Source of the DNA: an uncultured delta proteobacterium
GTDB lineage: Bacteria > Desulfobacterota > Desulfobacteria > Desulfobacterales > QNYZ01
NCBI GenBank assembly: GCA_963845145.1
Contig: CAWJQU010000008.1
Coordinates: forward strand, 512,001 to 576,000
Reading direction: 5' to 3'
DNA length: 64,000 nucleotides
Part shown: positions 10,881 to 24,095 of the stretch, piece after piece
Layout: every line of letters begins with the position of its first letter
Numbering within the stretch: position 1 is the first letter of the stretch
Notes under the pieces: generated by a model
Databases searched by the model: none
What the model was told of the DNA's origin: nothing
What the model saw: the letters and a program-made list of their open reading frames with translations, nothing else
Translations under genes and position numbers: made by a program

Positions 10881-11915
10881 TTATTCGTTTTTTACACATG
10901 CCAATATGGTGGTTTGCTCGTGTTTCATATCACCAAAATTTTGTTGGATAATATTCGTGTTGCCGGTGGCATGGCTAAACCATTGAGGCGGTGATTGATT
11001 GGCATAATACACGGTCAGGGAAACCGTTGGTGCTTCTGATCGAAGTGGTGGTGGTTGGGGCGCTGGGGTGGCTTTTGAAGACCCGTTACGGTTAACCAAA
11101 TCAGACAACCACCGGCCGAGATCATTCCGCCACTGGCGCGCCTCAGAATCCTTCCGAGCATGTGTGGAAATTTGAGAAAACACAACGACCGGTTCAAGGT
11201 CAGGGATTGCAAAGAGCAACTGCTCCTCAATGGCCGGGCTGGTCGTGACAAATGTATTGGGGGCTGTTCCGGCAGATGGCGAGGCCTGTGCAGATATAAA
11301 GCACAACCAGGCCGCCATGCGTTCGGGTAACATATAGGACCGATCGGTATCATTATCAACATTCGTAAGGGGTGATGGTTGGTCATGGATATCATCAGAA
11401 GTGGCATGTAATTCCTGTTGGAAACGATGCGCAATTGACTCGACAACGTCCAGGTCACGCCGTAAGGTTTGGTTGCGCTCGTCGAATTCCTGCGCGATTT
11501 GAAGAAAGACACGGCTTTGAAGTATCCATTCTGATTGGGGATCGGTTTTATCGGTTACATCAGCGTTAGCCACATCAGAGTTTTGGGGGTATCTCTTCAT
11601 TTGGTCGAGCAACCGGAAGACGGAAGATTCATCATTGTAAAAAGTACCTGAATTGACCCCAAGGTTCTGCCGCAAATGACCCGGCCCGTGCAAGTTCGCC
11701 CACATATCCAAAGATTTTAAAATTTTTTCCAAAAGCGCGTCCCGCTTTTCAAACGGATACGCCAAAGATATCAGTCCCTTGTCATCCAGGGACAGCATGG
11801 ACCCCGGAACCTGTAGCCTGGAAGGCAAACAGACAGTACACCGGCCGAAACAAGCCGCCAAACCGCTCGCTTCCCTTTCGGATAGAAAAGTGAAGGGAAA
11901 AAGTATGGGATTCAT
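10881..11915 (-). CDS. Hypothetical protein
   Basis: 344-aa uninterrupted ORF (MNPILFPFT...); no motif recognised. Confidence 0.7.
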   Translation of the reverse strand: MNPILFPFTFLSEREASGLAACFGRCTVCLPSRLQVPGSMLSLDDKGLISLAYPFEKRDALLEKILKSLDMWANLHGPGHLRQNLGVNSGTFYNDESSVFRLLDQMKRYPQNSDVANADVTDKTDPQSEWILQSRVFLQIAQEFDERNQTLRRDLDVVESIAHRFQQELHATSDDIHDQPSPLTNVDNDTDRSYMLPERMAAWLCFISAQASPSAGTAPNTFVTTSPAIEEQLLFAIPDLEPVVVFSQISTHARKDSEARQWRNDLGRWLSDLVNRNGSSKATPAPQPPPLRSEAPTVSLTVYYANQSPPQWFSHATGNTNIIQQNFGDMKHEQTTILACVKNE

Positions 11916-11976
11916 CCTTAAATCCTTTATTCAATTTTGAAATTAAGCTTCCAAAAAAACCCCGTCCATGTCTTTT

Positions 11977-12041
11977 TTAATCAAATCCCGATTAATAAAA
12001 CCTATGTTAATCAAATCGGGTCAATCAAATCGGGTTAATCA
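11977..12041. repeat. Degenerate 14-15-bp direct repeat array (TTAATCAAATCGGG-like, ~4.5 copies)
   Basis: TTAATCAAATCCCGA / TTAATAAAACCTATG / TTAATCAAATCGGG / TCAATCAAATCGGG / TTAATCA. Confidence 0.75.
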
Positions 12042-14330
12042 CACCAATTGGGCATCATTAACCTCAACCCCCATCGTTCTTAACCGGTCACGAATATCGT
12101 CGGCTGTCACAAAATCACCTTTAGCACGGGCTTGATCGCGTTCATGAATCAACGCTTGAAGCGCTTCGTTTTCGGTCGGATCGGCCATATCAAGAATATT
12201 CAGTACGCGATTGATGTTTTGAAATTGATTATAAATCTTGGCCGCTGTTTTCCGGTCCAGGCAGTGCGCCTGATCCAATTTATTAACCTGACGAACCGCT
12301 TTGAATATGACGGATAAAGCGCTGGAAATATTCAGGTCATCATCCATTGCCGATATAAATCCATGTTTTAAATCGTAGAGGAGTTGATCGATGTTTTCTT
12401 CTTGGTGGCCATTGTCAGTGCTTTTTAATCTGTGGACACAGCGGTTCAGCCGCGCCAGGGATCGCGCGGCATTTGCGAGGGTTTTTTCTGAAAAAACCAG
12501 CGGTTTCCGGTAGTGGCTGGAAAGCAACCAATATCGAATCACTTGTCCGGAAAAGCCTTTCTCAATCAAATCCGGCAGGGTGGGAGGCGGCTCATCGCCC
12601 ATGAGAACCTGTTCGCTGTGCAGCCAATAGTGGGCCAGTGGCTTTTTAGATAGTGCGCCAGCAATCGCTCTTTCGTTCTCATGATGGGGAAACACCAATT
12701 CACGCCCCCCGGTATGAATATCAAAACTCTCGCCCAGATGTTTCATGGCCATGGCCGCGCATTGCAGATGCAGTGACGGTCGCGTAATCCCCCATCGCGT
12801 TCGAACGCAAATTCCCCGCCGAAGCTCCGAAAGTTTGGCTCGTTTAAGCAATGTGAAATCTCTGGGATTATCTTTTTCGTATTCATCCAGGTCAACAGTG
12901 GCCCCGATCTTAATTTTATCAATATCCACCCCGGATAGACCACCGTAGGCTTCAAACCGCGAAATATTAAAATAGAGCGAGTGAAGTTTTTCATAGGCAA
13001 AACCGGCATCAGTCAACTTTTCGGCCAGCTGAACCATCTCGCCGAGATGCCTACTCGTTTTAGGATACCGATCCGCGGGCATGATGCCCAGGGCGTTGAG
13101 ATCCTGCTTGAATCGCTCAATATTTTTTTTCGTGAATACCCGAATGTCTTCCCCGGCCAACTGAGAGCCCTGAATGGTTTTATCATCCAGATCGGTGATA
13201 TTGGTAATGTGCCGCACCGCATACTTTTTCGACCGCAGGTAACGGCAGACAAGGTCAGCAAAAACATAACGCCGATATTGACCCACATGAAGCGGCACAT
13301 CCACGGTGGGCCCACAAGTGTACATGTGAACTTTGTCGGGAATCTGAGAAGTAAACGGTTCCTTGCGGCTGCTCAGGGTATTGAAAAGAGAGATTCCGGA
13401 GCGTTCCGGTGTCTGATACAACGGCGTACTGAGATACCGTTCGCCGTTATCCGGAAAAATAACAACGATCATCCCCTCTTCCAACGTTTCCGCCACATCA
13501 CAAGCCCCGGCCATTGCGGCGCCGGAACTCATCCCCACCAGAAGGCCCTCTTCGCTCGCCAAACGCCGGGCCATCTCAAAGGCCACTTCATCGTCGATGT
13601 TGATTTTTTGATCCAACCGTTTTTTTTCAAATATTTCAGGCTGATATGACTCCATCATGTTTTTCAGGCCTTGAATCTTATGGCCCAGATACGGTTCCAC
13701 GCCAACAATTTTGACTTCGGAATTAATCTCCTGTAAACCGGCGCTGAATTCCCATCAATGTTCCCGAGGTACCCAGGCCGCAGCCACGATCACGGAAACA
13801 CTTCCTTCGGTCTGTTCCCAGATCTCTTGGGCAGTGGCTTCGTAGTGAGCGCGCCAATTGGCGGAATTGTTAAACTGATCCGTCAAGAAAAATTTATTAG
13901 GGTTCTCCCTGGCCAGACGATAGACTTCCTCGATGGCGCCATCGGTCCCCAGATGGGCCGGCGTGAGGAGAATGTCTGCCCCTCTGGCCTTTAATATTGT
14001 TGGCGTTCCTTGCTCACCGCCTCGGACATGGTTAAAAGTAAACGATACCCCTTTACTGCGCATACCAACGCAAGACCGATACCGGTATTTCCGCTGGTTG
14101 CTTCGATAACCGTTTTATCCGGTGTCAGCGCACCCGAAGCCTCCCCTTCTTCAATCATATACAGGGCTGCGCGATCTTTCACGGACCCACTGGGATTAAA
14201 ATATTCGAGCTTGGCAAAAAGCTGAACCTTGGGGTTGGGGTTCATATGATTGATTGAGAACCAGCGGCGTATTGCCGATGGTTTCCAGAATAGCCGGACG
14301 GGGGTTTTTGTTATTAATTTCAACGATCAT
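12039..14330 (-). CDS. cysS: Cysteine synthase (PLP, CysK/CysM family) fused to cysteinyl-tRNA synthetase; N-terminal part frameshifted
   Basis: [24 protein letters not shown], then one frame 13700-12039 carrying [22 protein letters not shown] followed by [43 protein letters not shown]. Confidence 0.9.
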
Positions 14331-14359
14331 TTTCCTATCTTATTCGCTGCCCATGATGC

Positions 14360-15248
14360 TTAACCTGTTTTTGTGGCATTTAAATCCCAACTTTGCATGC
14401 GCTTTAGGGTATCATAATCAGTCGTATCGCATTTAACCGGAGTAATCGTAATATAGTCGTTGGCTTAAGAATACGGCGTCAACGTCCTGACCCGATAAGT
14501 CGAACCAGGATAAGTTGAATCAGGATAAGTCGAACCGGGATAAGCTGAATCGGGATACGTCGAACCGGATAGTCGACCGGCATCACGATTGACGTCCCCT
14601 TTTGTCTGCATATCACACCCTTGCCAGTAGTAGGATCGTTGCGGGGGTCCACCCTTTTCTCAAAATATTCTCCATTGAATTGTGTCCCATGCCACAGAAA
14701 CCGAACACCGGCTATTTGAGCTGCGGAGAAGGTCCGGCACATTTATATTGAGAAACGTACCCGATTTCAGTCCCCAGGACAAAATCTCACCATGGGTCAA
14801 AAACTCATCGGCCAGATGTTTAACAAAACGGGTGGCCTCTTCAAATAGTCCGGCATGCGACTGTTGATGGACACCGAAAGGCGCTGACGCCAAATAAGGC
14901 CGCCTCCCTTGCAGCCGCCACAGTGCCGGAGTAGTTCAGGTTCACGCCGACGTTGGCACCCGGATTGATCCCAGAGATAACCAGGCGGGGAATTGGCTTA
15001 CATATTTCCAGCATCCCCAGCTTAACGCAATCGGCCGGCGTCCCGGTAACCGCGATCCCATCACGACCGTCTGGTAGCGTTACCATCCTTTTTCTAATGG
15101 GCAAATGCAAAGTGATGGCGTGACCGATGGCACTGCGCTCACGGTCCGGAGCCACGACACCGACCTCGTAGTGCCCGGCAACGCAGCCTGCAGATGCCCA
15201 TAATCCGTCAGCATAAATGCCGTCATCATTGGTTAATAAGATATCCAT
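14360..15248 (-). CDS. surE: 5'/3'-nucleotidase SurE (frameshifted; repeat insertion)
   Basis: ILLTNDDG, GTPADCV, SGINPGANVG, YSGTVAAA, LNINVP and C-terminal ITITPVKCDTT ending in TAA at 14360-14362. Confidence 0.9.
14494..14580. repeat. 15-bp tandem repeat (GATAAGTCGAACCRG, ~6 copies) inside surE
   Basis: Units start at 14494, 14509, 14524, 14539, 14554 and 14568. Confidence 0.9.
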
Positions 15249-15409
15249 CTCTATTTCATTAATGAACTTAAAACCTCTTCGGTTCCATCGATATAATTTA
15301 GTATACGCGCCATTTACAACAAAACCTTGACTTTTTCAACGAGGTCGGATTTATAGCAGACCAACACCGGACTAAAAATAACCGACCACATCACCATCAT
15401 TAGACGTCA

Positions 15410-17801
15410 ATGAGGCGTATTTCGCAAAGCTTACGTTTAAAACAAATTTCACATCAGAAGATAGCCCTTTTTTACCATTGGATTATCCGTCAAGCCGTAA
15501 AAATTCACCGGGGACCGATTTTAGTGTCGGTGGGGGTATTATTGATACTGACGTTTGTCTATCCCAGCCTGGCGGAGAGCGCATTGGACCTCAATTTAAA
15601 AACCGACCCCAATGCACCCTGGCGAATCCGGGCCGATACAAATTCAATTATGATAAAACCACCCACACCTATACCGCCGAAGGGAATGTTATCCTTAAGC
15701 AGAATAAGCGTAAAATCACCGCTGACAAAATTCTTTACAACACCGACACCATGAAAGCCCTATGCCACGGGCCATGTGGTGTTAAGGTCCGGAAATGACA
15801 TCCTTCGCGGCCAGCGGCTCGAAATGGACCTAAAGCGATAAAACCGGCACTATACATGGCGCCAATGCCTTTTTCAAAGCCCGCCATTTTCACATCGTCG
15901 GTGAGAAATCAAAAAAACCGGGGACAATACTTATGCCGCCGATCGGGCGAGCATTACCAGCTTGTGACGGTGATTCCCCGGACTGGGCATTACCGGCAAA
16001 GATATCAACCTATCCCTGGAAGGATATGCAACGGCGTGGCACACGGCGTTGTGGTTTAAACGCGTGCCGGTCTTGTACAGCCCTTTTTTTATCGTTCCCA
16101 TTAAAAAGAGCGCCAGTCCGGATTATTAAGGCCGGAGGTCATCAGCTCGCAGTAACCGAAAGGGATTTGGCTACACACAGCCCCTTTTCTGGGCGATCAG
16201 CCCAAGTACGGACGCGACCATCTATTGGGATTATTTGGAAAAACGCGGACACAAATGGGGTGCCGAATTTCGATACATCCTCGATCCCGTTCTAAGGGAA
16301 CCGTCATGTTCGACTATCTCACCGACCACGAAGATCGACGACGGCACCGGGAATAACAGTGAGAACTGGGGATTCACCGATGATAATTATTTACGAACCA
16401 ACCGGGATCGATACTGGTTTCGTATGAAGCATGATCAGGGAGACCTGCCGCTGGGATTGACCGCACGGATCGACTTGGATATTGTCAGCGATCAGGATTA
16501 CCTGCGTGAGTTTAGAGACGGCTTTACCGGTTTTAATGCCAGTGACAGACTATTTTATTAGAAACTTCGGTAGCGATTTGGATGATTACGATGAACACAT
16601 TCGGAGAAACATTGTCAACCTTACCCGCAACTGGTCAAAATACCGGTTCAACACTGGGGCAACCTGGTTTGACAATGTCATCCAAAGACGTCACAACTAA
16701 GGACCCAACAGACCAACGATTACCCTGGCTCACTTTTTCCGGTTCCAAGCAGACAAATATTCCAGACCCCGCTTTTTTACACGTTAAATTCTGAGTATAT
16801 CACTTTTATCGTCAGGATGGTGATGAAACCCACAACATTACCGAGCATGCACCATACCGAACTCAATCCTCGCTTTTTCGTCCCTTTACGCGCCGGGAAT
16901 TTTTTCACCATTGAACCATCCGCCGGTCTTCGGTATAATTATTGGCATATCAACGCGTTAGAAAACGACGATCCTGATCAGAAAACAGGTGTCGATCGTA
17001 ACATCTATGATATCGGCACCAAATTGGCTTCCGAAATATATCGAATTTACCAGATCGGTGGCCGCCGGTTCGATAAAATCAAACATTCGATTCGGCCTCA
17101 AGTCACCTATACTTTTATCCCGGAAGTGGACCAGGATGATATTCCCAATTTTTCCAATATCGAGCCGATTGACAAGAAAAATGTCGTCACATACACGCTC
17201 ACCAGTACGTTTACTTCTAAATTGAGACCATTGGCTACCGGTTTTCTCAAAGCGACCTGAAACCCAAACGATATGACTATCGTGAATTTCTTAGATTTTT
17301 CCTGGAACAGAGCTATGATTTCGATGAGGCCAAAAACAGTGAGATCGAAGATCCCGAACCGCTTTCGCCTCTGTTCGGAGAGATCCGGTTTGACCCCACA
17401 CCCAATATTTGGGGCCGGGCGGATATGCGATGGGATTTTGAGGAGCACCGTTCTATTGAAAACAATCTGGAGGCCATTCTTCGTGATAATAGTGGTGACC
17501 GCTTGCACGCCAGATACATGCCGAATCGAAGAAGATGAAAGGGAAAATATGAATCTTCTTCTTACGTTTGGCGATAACAAGCCGATTCTCTACCTATGCT
17601 CAATACGAACAGGACCTGCTTGAAAAGCGAGATGTTAAACGGGGCCTGGGATGGCAATATCGTGCCGACTGCTGGACATTTTCTTTTGATTACATTGAAG
17701 AGAATGAAGATCAACGGTACGCATTTGCCATTTTCCTCCACGGCCTCGGTGGTTTCCGGCAGCGCCTAAGCGGCAATCTCGACATGATAATTAAGCCATG
17801 A
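15410..17801 (+). CDS. lptD: LPS-assembly protein LptD (many frameshifts)
   Basis: Fragments PWRIRAD, YTAEGNV, CDGDSPDW, DIVSDQDYLREF, KHSIRPQVTY, YRADCW and terminal FLHGLG. Confidence 0.85.
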
Positions 17802-18315
17802 ATAAACCGCCTTAACCCCGGCCTGGTATGTCTTGCACACCCGCAGCCGTTTTGAAAACACCACCTACGAGATCCTCGCTAAAAAAACGTTCGATGTGTT
17901 GCTGCCTAGAATCCTGGTACAAAGTAAACGACGGGACAGGCGGGTCATGCTACGAATGCCGATGTTTCCAGGGTATTTGTTTGTCAAAACGGACCTGAAT
18001 CCCACCCATCACCTTGAGATTTTAAAATCGGTCGGTGCCGTCCGTTTGATCGGCAATCGCGAGGGGCCATTACCGGTGCCCCATGAAACGATCGATTCAT
18101 TAAAGATCATATCGACCGCCGAACAACAGGTCACCACCGGTACACAGTTTAAAAAAGGTGAAAGGGTTGTGGTCCTGCGAGGGCCTTTTACCGGTGTTGT
18201 TGGGATTTTTTCGCACTACCGGGGAAAAGACCGCATCATTGTTCATATTGACGCTTTGGGTCAATTTGCCGCCGTGGAGGTCGATGTAACCGATATCGAG
18301 GCTTTTGACCAATAG
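17798..18315 (+). CDS. NusG-paralogue transcription antiterminator (UpxY/RfaH/LoaP-like)
   Basis: WYVLHTRSRFE, PMFPGYLFV (NGN domain), GERVVVLRGPFTGVVG (KOW). True start probably ATG 17798, overlapping the lptD stop, with one indel. Confidence 0.88.
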
Positions 18316-18520
18316 CCTTGGTGCCTTGGTAATAAAAGAGTATCACTGGGTAGATCGGCCATCGAATGATGCGACGTGCTTTTGTCCACGCGAATAAACC
18401 GGGTTAATATCGCACGAAACGGATTGGGGCTTTTTATAGTAAAATCAATTAAGGTCTTGACTTTTTATAAGATTCTTTTTAAAAAAACTAGATTTTGCAT
18501 ATAAATCTCAAGGAGGGCAA

Positions 18521-18796
18521 ATGAATAAATTGGAGTTGATATCACAACTCAAAAACGATGCGAATATATCCAGGATGGAAGCATCCAAGATTGTCCAGAT
18601 ATTTTTCGATGACATGACCGAAACGCTGGCCCGTGGGGATCGCGTTGAAATTCGCGGATTGTGCAGTTTTTATGTAAAAAATTATAAAAGCTACATGGGA
18701 CGCAATCCCAAAACAGGGGATAAAGTCAAAATCAGACCGAAAAAATTACCGTTCTTTAAACCGGGCAAGGAATTAAAGGAACGGGTCGATTTTTAA
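18521..18796 (+). CDS. ihfB: Integration host factor beta / HU family protein
   Basis: RVEIRGLCSF, GRNPKTG, PFFKPGKELKERV. Confidence 0.9.
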   Translation: MNKLELISQLKNDANISRMEASKIVQIFFDDMTETLARGDRVEIRGLCSFYVKNYKSYMGRNPKTGDKVKIRPKKLPFFKPGKELKERVDF

Positions 18797-18800
18797 CCGT

Positions 18801-19877
18801 GTGCACGGGATTCAATCAGCTATAGAATCGAATCGCCCGGCCCGCCAGCTTCTGAGGCGGATTCGCAACCGGAAAGTCCCCCAGGCGTTGATATTTTCAG
18901 GTATCGACGGGATTGGCAGATATCAGGTAGCGCTTCGTTTCGCCATGACCCTCAATTGCTCGAAATCGGCGACAATGACAACCCAGATAATGGGTCCGGA
19001 CCTGAGTCATTCTACCAATGAATCCATTTTTCCGGCATGTGGTACCTGCGCGTCTTGTAAAAAGATCCACGCCGGGCAACATCCCGATGTCATAATAATC
19101 AAACCCGCCGGTCGTGCCATTAAGATCGAACAGATTCGGTCTCTTCGACAAACTCTGAGTCTCAAGCCTTACGAAGCATCTCGACGCGTGGCCATCATTG
19201 TCGCCGCGCCGTTAATGACATTGCCGGCATCAAACGCATTGTTGAAAATGCTGGAAGAACCGCCCGAACAGACCACCCTGATTCTGATCGCAAATAAGCC
19301 TTCAGATTTAATCGCGACGATCGTATCCCGATGCCAGGACATTCGGTTTGCTCCGGCGGCTGACACAAGTATATCAAAAGCCTTGATGGACGAAAAGGAA
19401 ACAGGTGTCACCCAGGCCGGGATCGCCGCATCCTTGTCCCAGGGGAGCATGGAAATCGCCCAAGGAATGCTTTCGCACCAATGGCAGCGACAAAGGGATT
19501 GGATACTGCATGAAATTATAGCTTTGGGCCGACAAACAGATGTCGACAACGGACATTCATCACGACGATCCTTGGCATTGGCGGAACTTTTAGCAGCTGA
19601 CCGAGCATTGCTCGATCGTGTGCTTATCATGATAAAATCGTGGTTCCGGGACTTGGCCATATGGCCGTACATGCCGGAAAAAATCATTCATCAAGATTTG
19701 ACCAACCTGATTGACGAACTGGCGTCCATCGTTGAGCCCGATTTTTTTATGACTGGGTTCGCCGAAACGGAACGTATTGAAAAAGAAACTCAGACTAATG
19801 CCAACTTGCGACTGGCCTTGGAAACATACTTCACCGGGTTGGCTGAAAAACTGGCCTTCGCGGGGGGATCAGGATAA
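18801..19877 (+). CDS. holB: DNA polymerase III delta' subunit
   Basis: CGTCASC, HPDV, IKIEQIR, NALLKMLEEP, TIVSRCQ. Confidence 0.93.
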   Translation: MHGIQSAIESNRPARQLLRRIRNRKVPQALIFSGIDGIGRYQVALRFAMTLNCSKSATMTTQIMGPDLSHSTNESIFPACGTCASCKKIHAGQHPDVIIIKPAGRAIKIEQIRSLRQTLSLKPYEASRRVAIIVAAPLMTLPASNALLKMLEEPPEQTTLILIANKPSDLIATIVSRCQDIRFAPAADTSISKALMDEKETGVTQAGIAASLSQGSMEIAQGMLSHQWQRQRDWILHEIIALGRQTDVDNGHSSRRSLALAELLAADRALLDRVLIMIKSWFRDLAIWPYMPEKIIHQDLTNLIDELASIVEPDFFMTGFAETERIEKETQTNANLRLALETYFTGLAEKLAFAGGSG

Positions 19878-19886
19878 AAAATACAA

Positions 19887-20645
19887 ATGGGAAAAATTGT
19901 CGGAATACGATTCAACCCTACCGGTAAAATCTATGATTTTGACGCGGGTGCCTTTGTATTGAATAAGGATGACCATGTCATTGTGGAAACCAGACAGGGG
20001 CTCGGGTACGGTATTGTTGCCATAGCGCCCATTGAACGCGAAAATGGGAAAGAGAGGCATCCGTTAAAAAAAGTATACCGGTTGGCAAGCCCGAAAGATA
20101 AAGAAAAATTGCTGCAAAACCTTACGTCTGAGAAATCGGCCCAAGCTTATTGTCAGCAATGTATTGATAACCTTGGGCTGAAAATGAACCTGTTTGCGGT
20201 GGAAACGACTTTTGATGGCCGCAAAACAACCTTTTTTTTCACGGCCGAAGGCCGGGTTGATTTTCGACAATTGGTCAAGATGCTCGTGAAAAAGCTTAGT
20301 GTCCGCGTGGAAATGCGTCAGGTCGGTATTCGCAATCAGGCCAAGATGATCGGCGGCCTGGGACGCTGCGGACGGGAAGTCTGCTGCAGCACATTTATTC
20401 AAAAATTTGATCCGGTTTCCATTCGTATGGCAAAAAATCAAGGGCCTGTCATTAAATCCGACCAAAATATCCGGCCTTTGCGGTCGGCTCATGTGTTGCC
20501 TGACATTATGAGAACACGGATTACGCGAAGCATCGCAAAAGGTCGGGCCGGGTCACTCCCGAATCGAAAACGACGCCCCTGCCAACCGTTATACCGGCTA
20601 AACCAAAATGCAAAAGAAATTAACCCGAAAATACCCCAAAACTAG
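19887..20645 (+). CDS. ricT: PSP1/RicT (YaaT) family protein (frameshift near the C-terminus)
   Basis: FTAEGRVDFRQLV, GGLGRCGREVCC, VSIRMAK; classic holB-yaaT-metG order. Confidence 0.88.
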   Translation: MGKIVGIRFNPTGKIYDFDAGAFVLNKDDHVIVETRQGLGYGIVAIAPIERENGKERHPLKKVYRLASPKDKEKLLQNLTSEKSAQAYCQQCIDNLGLKMNLFAVETTFDGRKTTFFFTAEGRVDFRQLVKMLVKKLSVRVEMRQVGIRNQAKMIGGLGRCGREVCCSTFIQKFDPVSIRMAKNQGPVIKSDQNIRPLRSAHVLPDIMRTRITRSIAKGRAGSLPNRKRRPCQPLYRLNQNAKEINPKIPQN

Positions 20646-20686
20646 CTAAAAAAATATCATAACCATAAAGAAAAGAATGACGGCTG

Positions 20687-22643
<1,957 letters not shown>

Positions 22644-22674
22644 AAATAAAACCGAAACCACTATATTAAATCAA

Positions 22675-24088
22675 ATGAGACGAAAATTCCGGCTTGGGTC
22701 TACGCGTTCGGATATACAGACGGACTGGCGTGCCTATCAAAAGACGTTGAAACGAAACACAAAAAGGCACCGTTTGCGACGGCACCTGCCGTTGTGGGGC
22801 CGGCTATCCCTTATTGTTATTGCTATCATTTTTGCCGGCTACGCAGCATTCGCCATTTTCCTGCCTTCGGGAACCCTATCGGCTCGACACATCGATCAAA
22901 AAGAAACAAAACCAGGAACCATCTCCCAAGACCCATTGAAATCTTTTAGTAAACAGGTGCTTAGAAAAATCCTGGCCGATATCGATCCCAAAAATCTGCA
23001 GCAGGAGGCCTTCACGTTTGTAAAAAGTGGCAAGCAGTATTCGGTAAAGACATCCATCGATCTTAATTTGCAGCAATCGCTTAACGATCAATTGCGTCTT
23101 GAACATGCCCGCTATTTGAGCATCGTCGCCTTAAACCCGGAGACCGGCCAAATATTATCCATGATCAGCCACGACCGATCGAATCCAGGTCAGAATACCT
23201 GTTTGGACAACCGGTTTCCCGCCGCAAGCATCTTTAAAATCGTTACCGCTTCGGCGGCCATTGAAACTTTCGACCTTAAACCCCATTCGACCATGGTATT
23301 TAACGGGCGAAGGCACACATTGTATAAAAGCCAGCTAAAAGGATCAACAGAACAAATGGACACGACGCATACCGTTTAAAGATGCGTTTGCCCTCTCAAT
23401 TAATCCCGTCTTCGGCAAGCTCGGTGCCAATCGTCTGAAAAAGGAAAAGCTGCTCTCCTACGCCCAGGCTTTTGGGTTCAATCACGATTTCGATTTGGAT
23501 CTTCCCATGGTACCCAGCCGATTTTCAGTCACCGATGTGCCTTACCAATGGGCTGAAATGGCCAGCGGGTTCAATCAGGACACCACCATGTCACCGCTAC
23601 ACGGTGCGATGATTGCCGCCGCAGTGGTCAACGGTGGGCGATTGATAGAACCAACCCTAATCGAATACAATTACCGATGAAAACGGGTGAGACTATTTAT
23701 CGCGGCCGGTCGCACCGTTAAAAAAGGCCATGGATAGCCGTACAGCCAACATGATCTTAAAAATGATGGGGCAACCGTTAAAGAAGGCACCGCCAAAAAG
23801 GCATTCAGAGGATATCGCAAAGATCGCGTTCTTTCCAAAGCTGAGATCTCGGAGGTAAAACGGGAAGTATCAACAACGATCCCCGCTACGACTGGTATGT
23901 GGGCTTTGCCACGGATAAAACCAACAAGCCAAAGTCTGGTGGTATCCGTTATGGTGGCCCACGAAAAATTTATTGGGATTAAGTCCGGCCAATACGCCCG
24001 AATGGCCATAAAAGCGTATTTCAAAGACTATTTTGCCGGGCAAGCGGCATCGCCGATATCCGCGGTTGATAACACCTCAAATGGATGA
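22675..24088 (+). CDS. Penicillin-binding transpeptidase domain protein (frameshifted)
   Basis: N-terminal TM, PAASIFK (SxxK), SIN (SxN), MSPLHGAMIA, DWYVGFA-like segment. Confidence 0.8.
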
Positions 24089-24095
24089 ACACGCC

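Noticed and set aside
14494..14580. CRISPR array
   Set aside because: The units are contiguous 15-mers with no spacers, lie within a coding region, and there are no cas genes.
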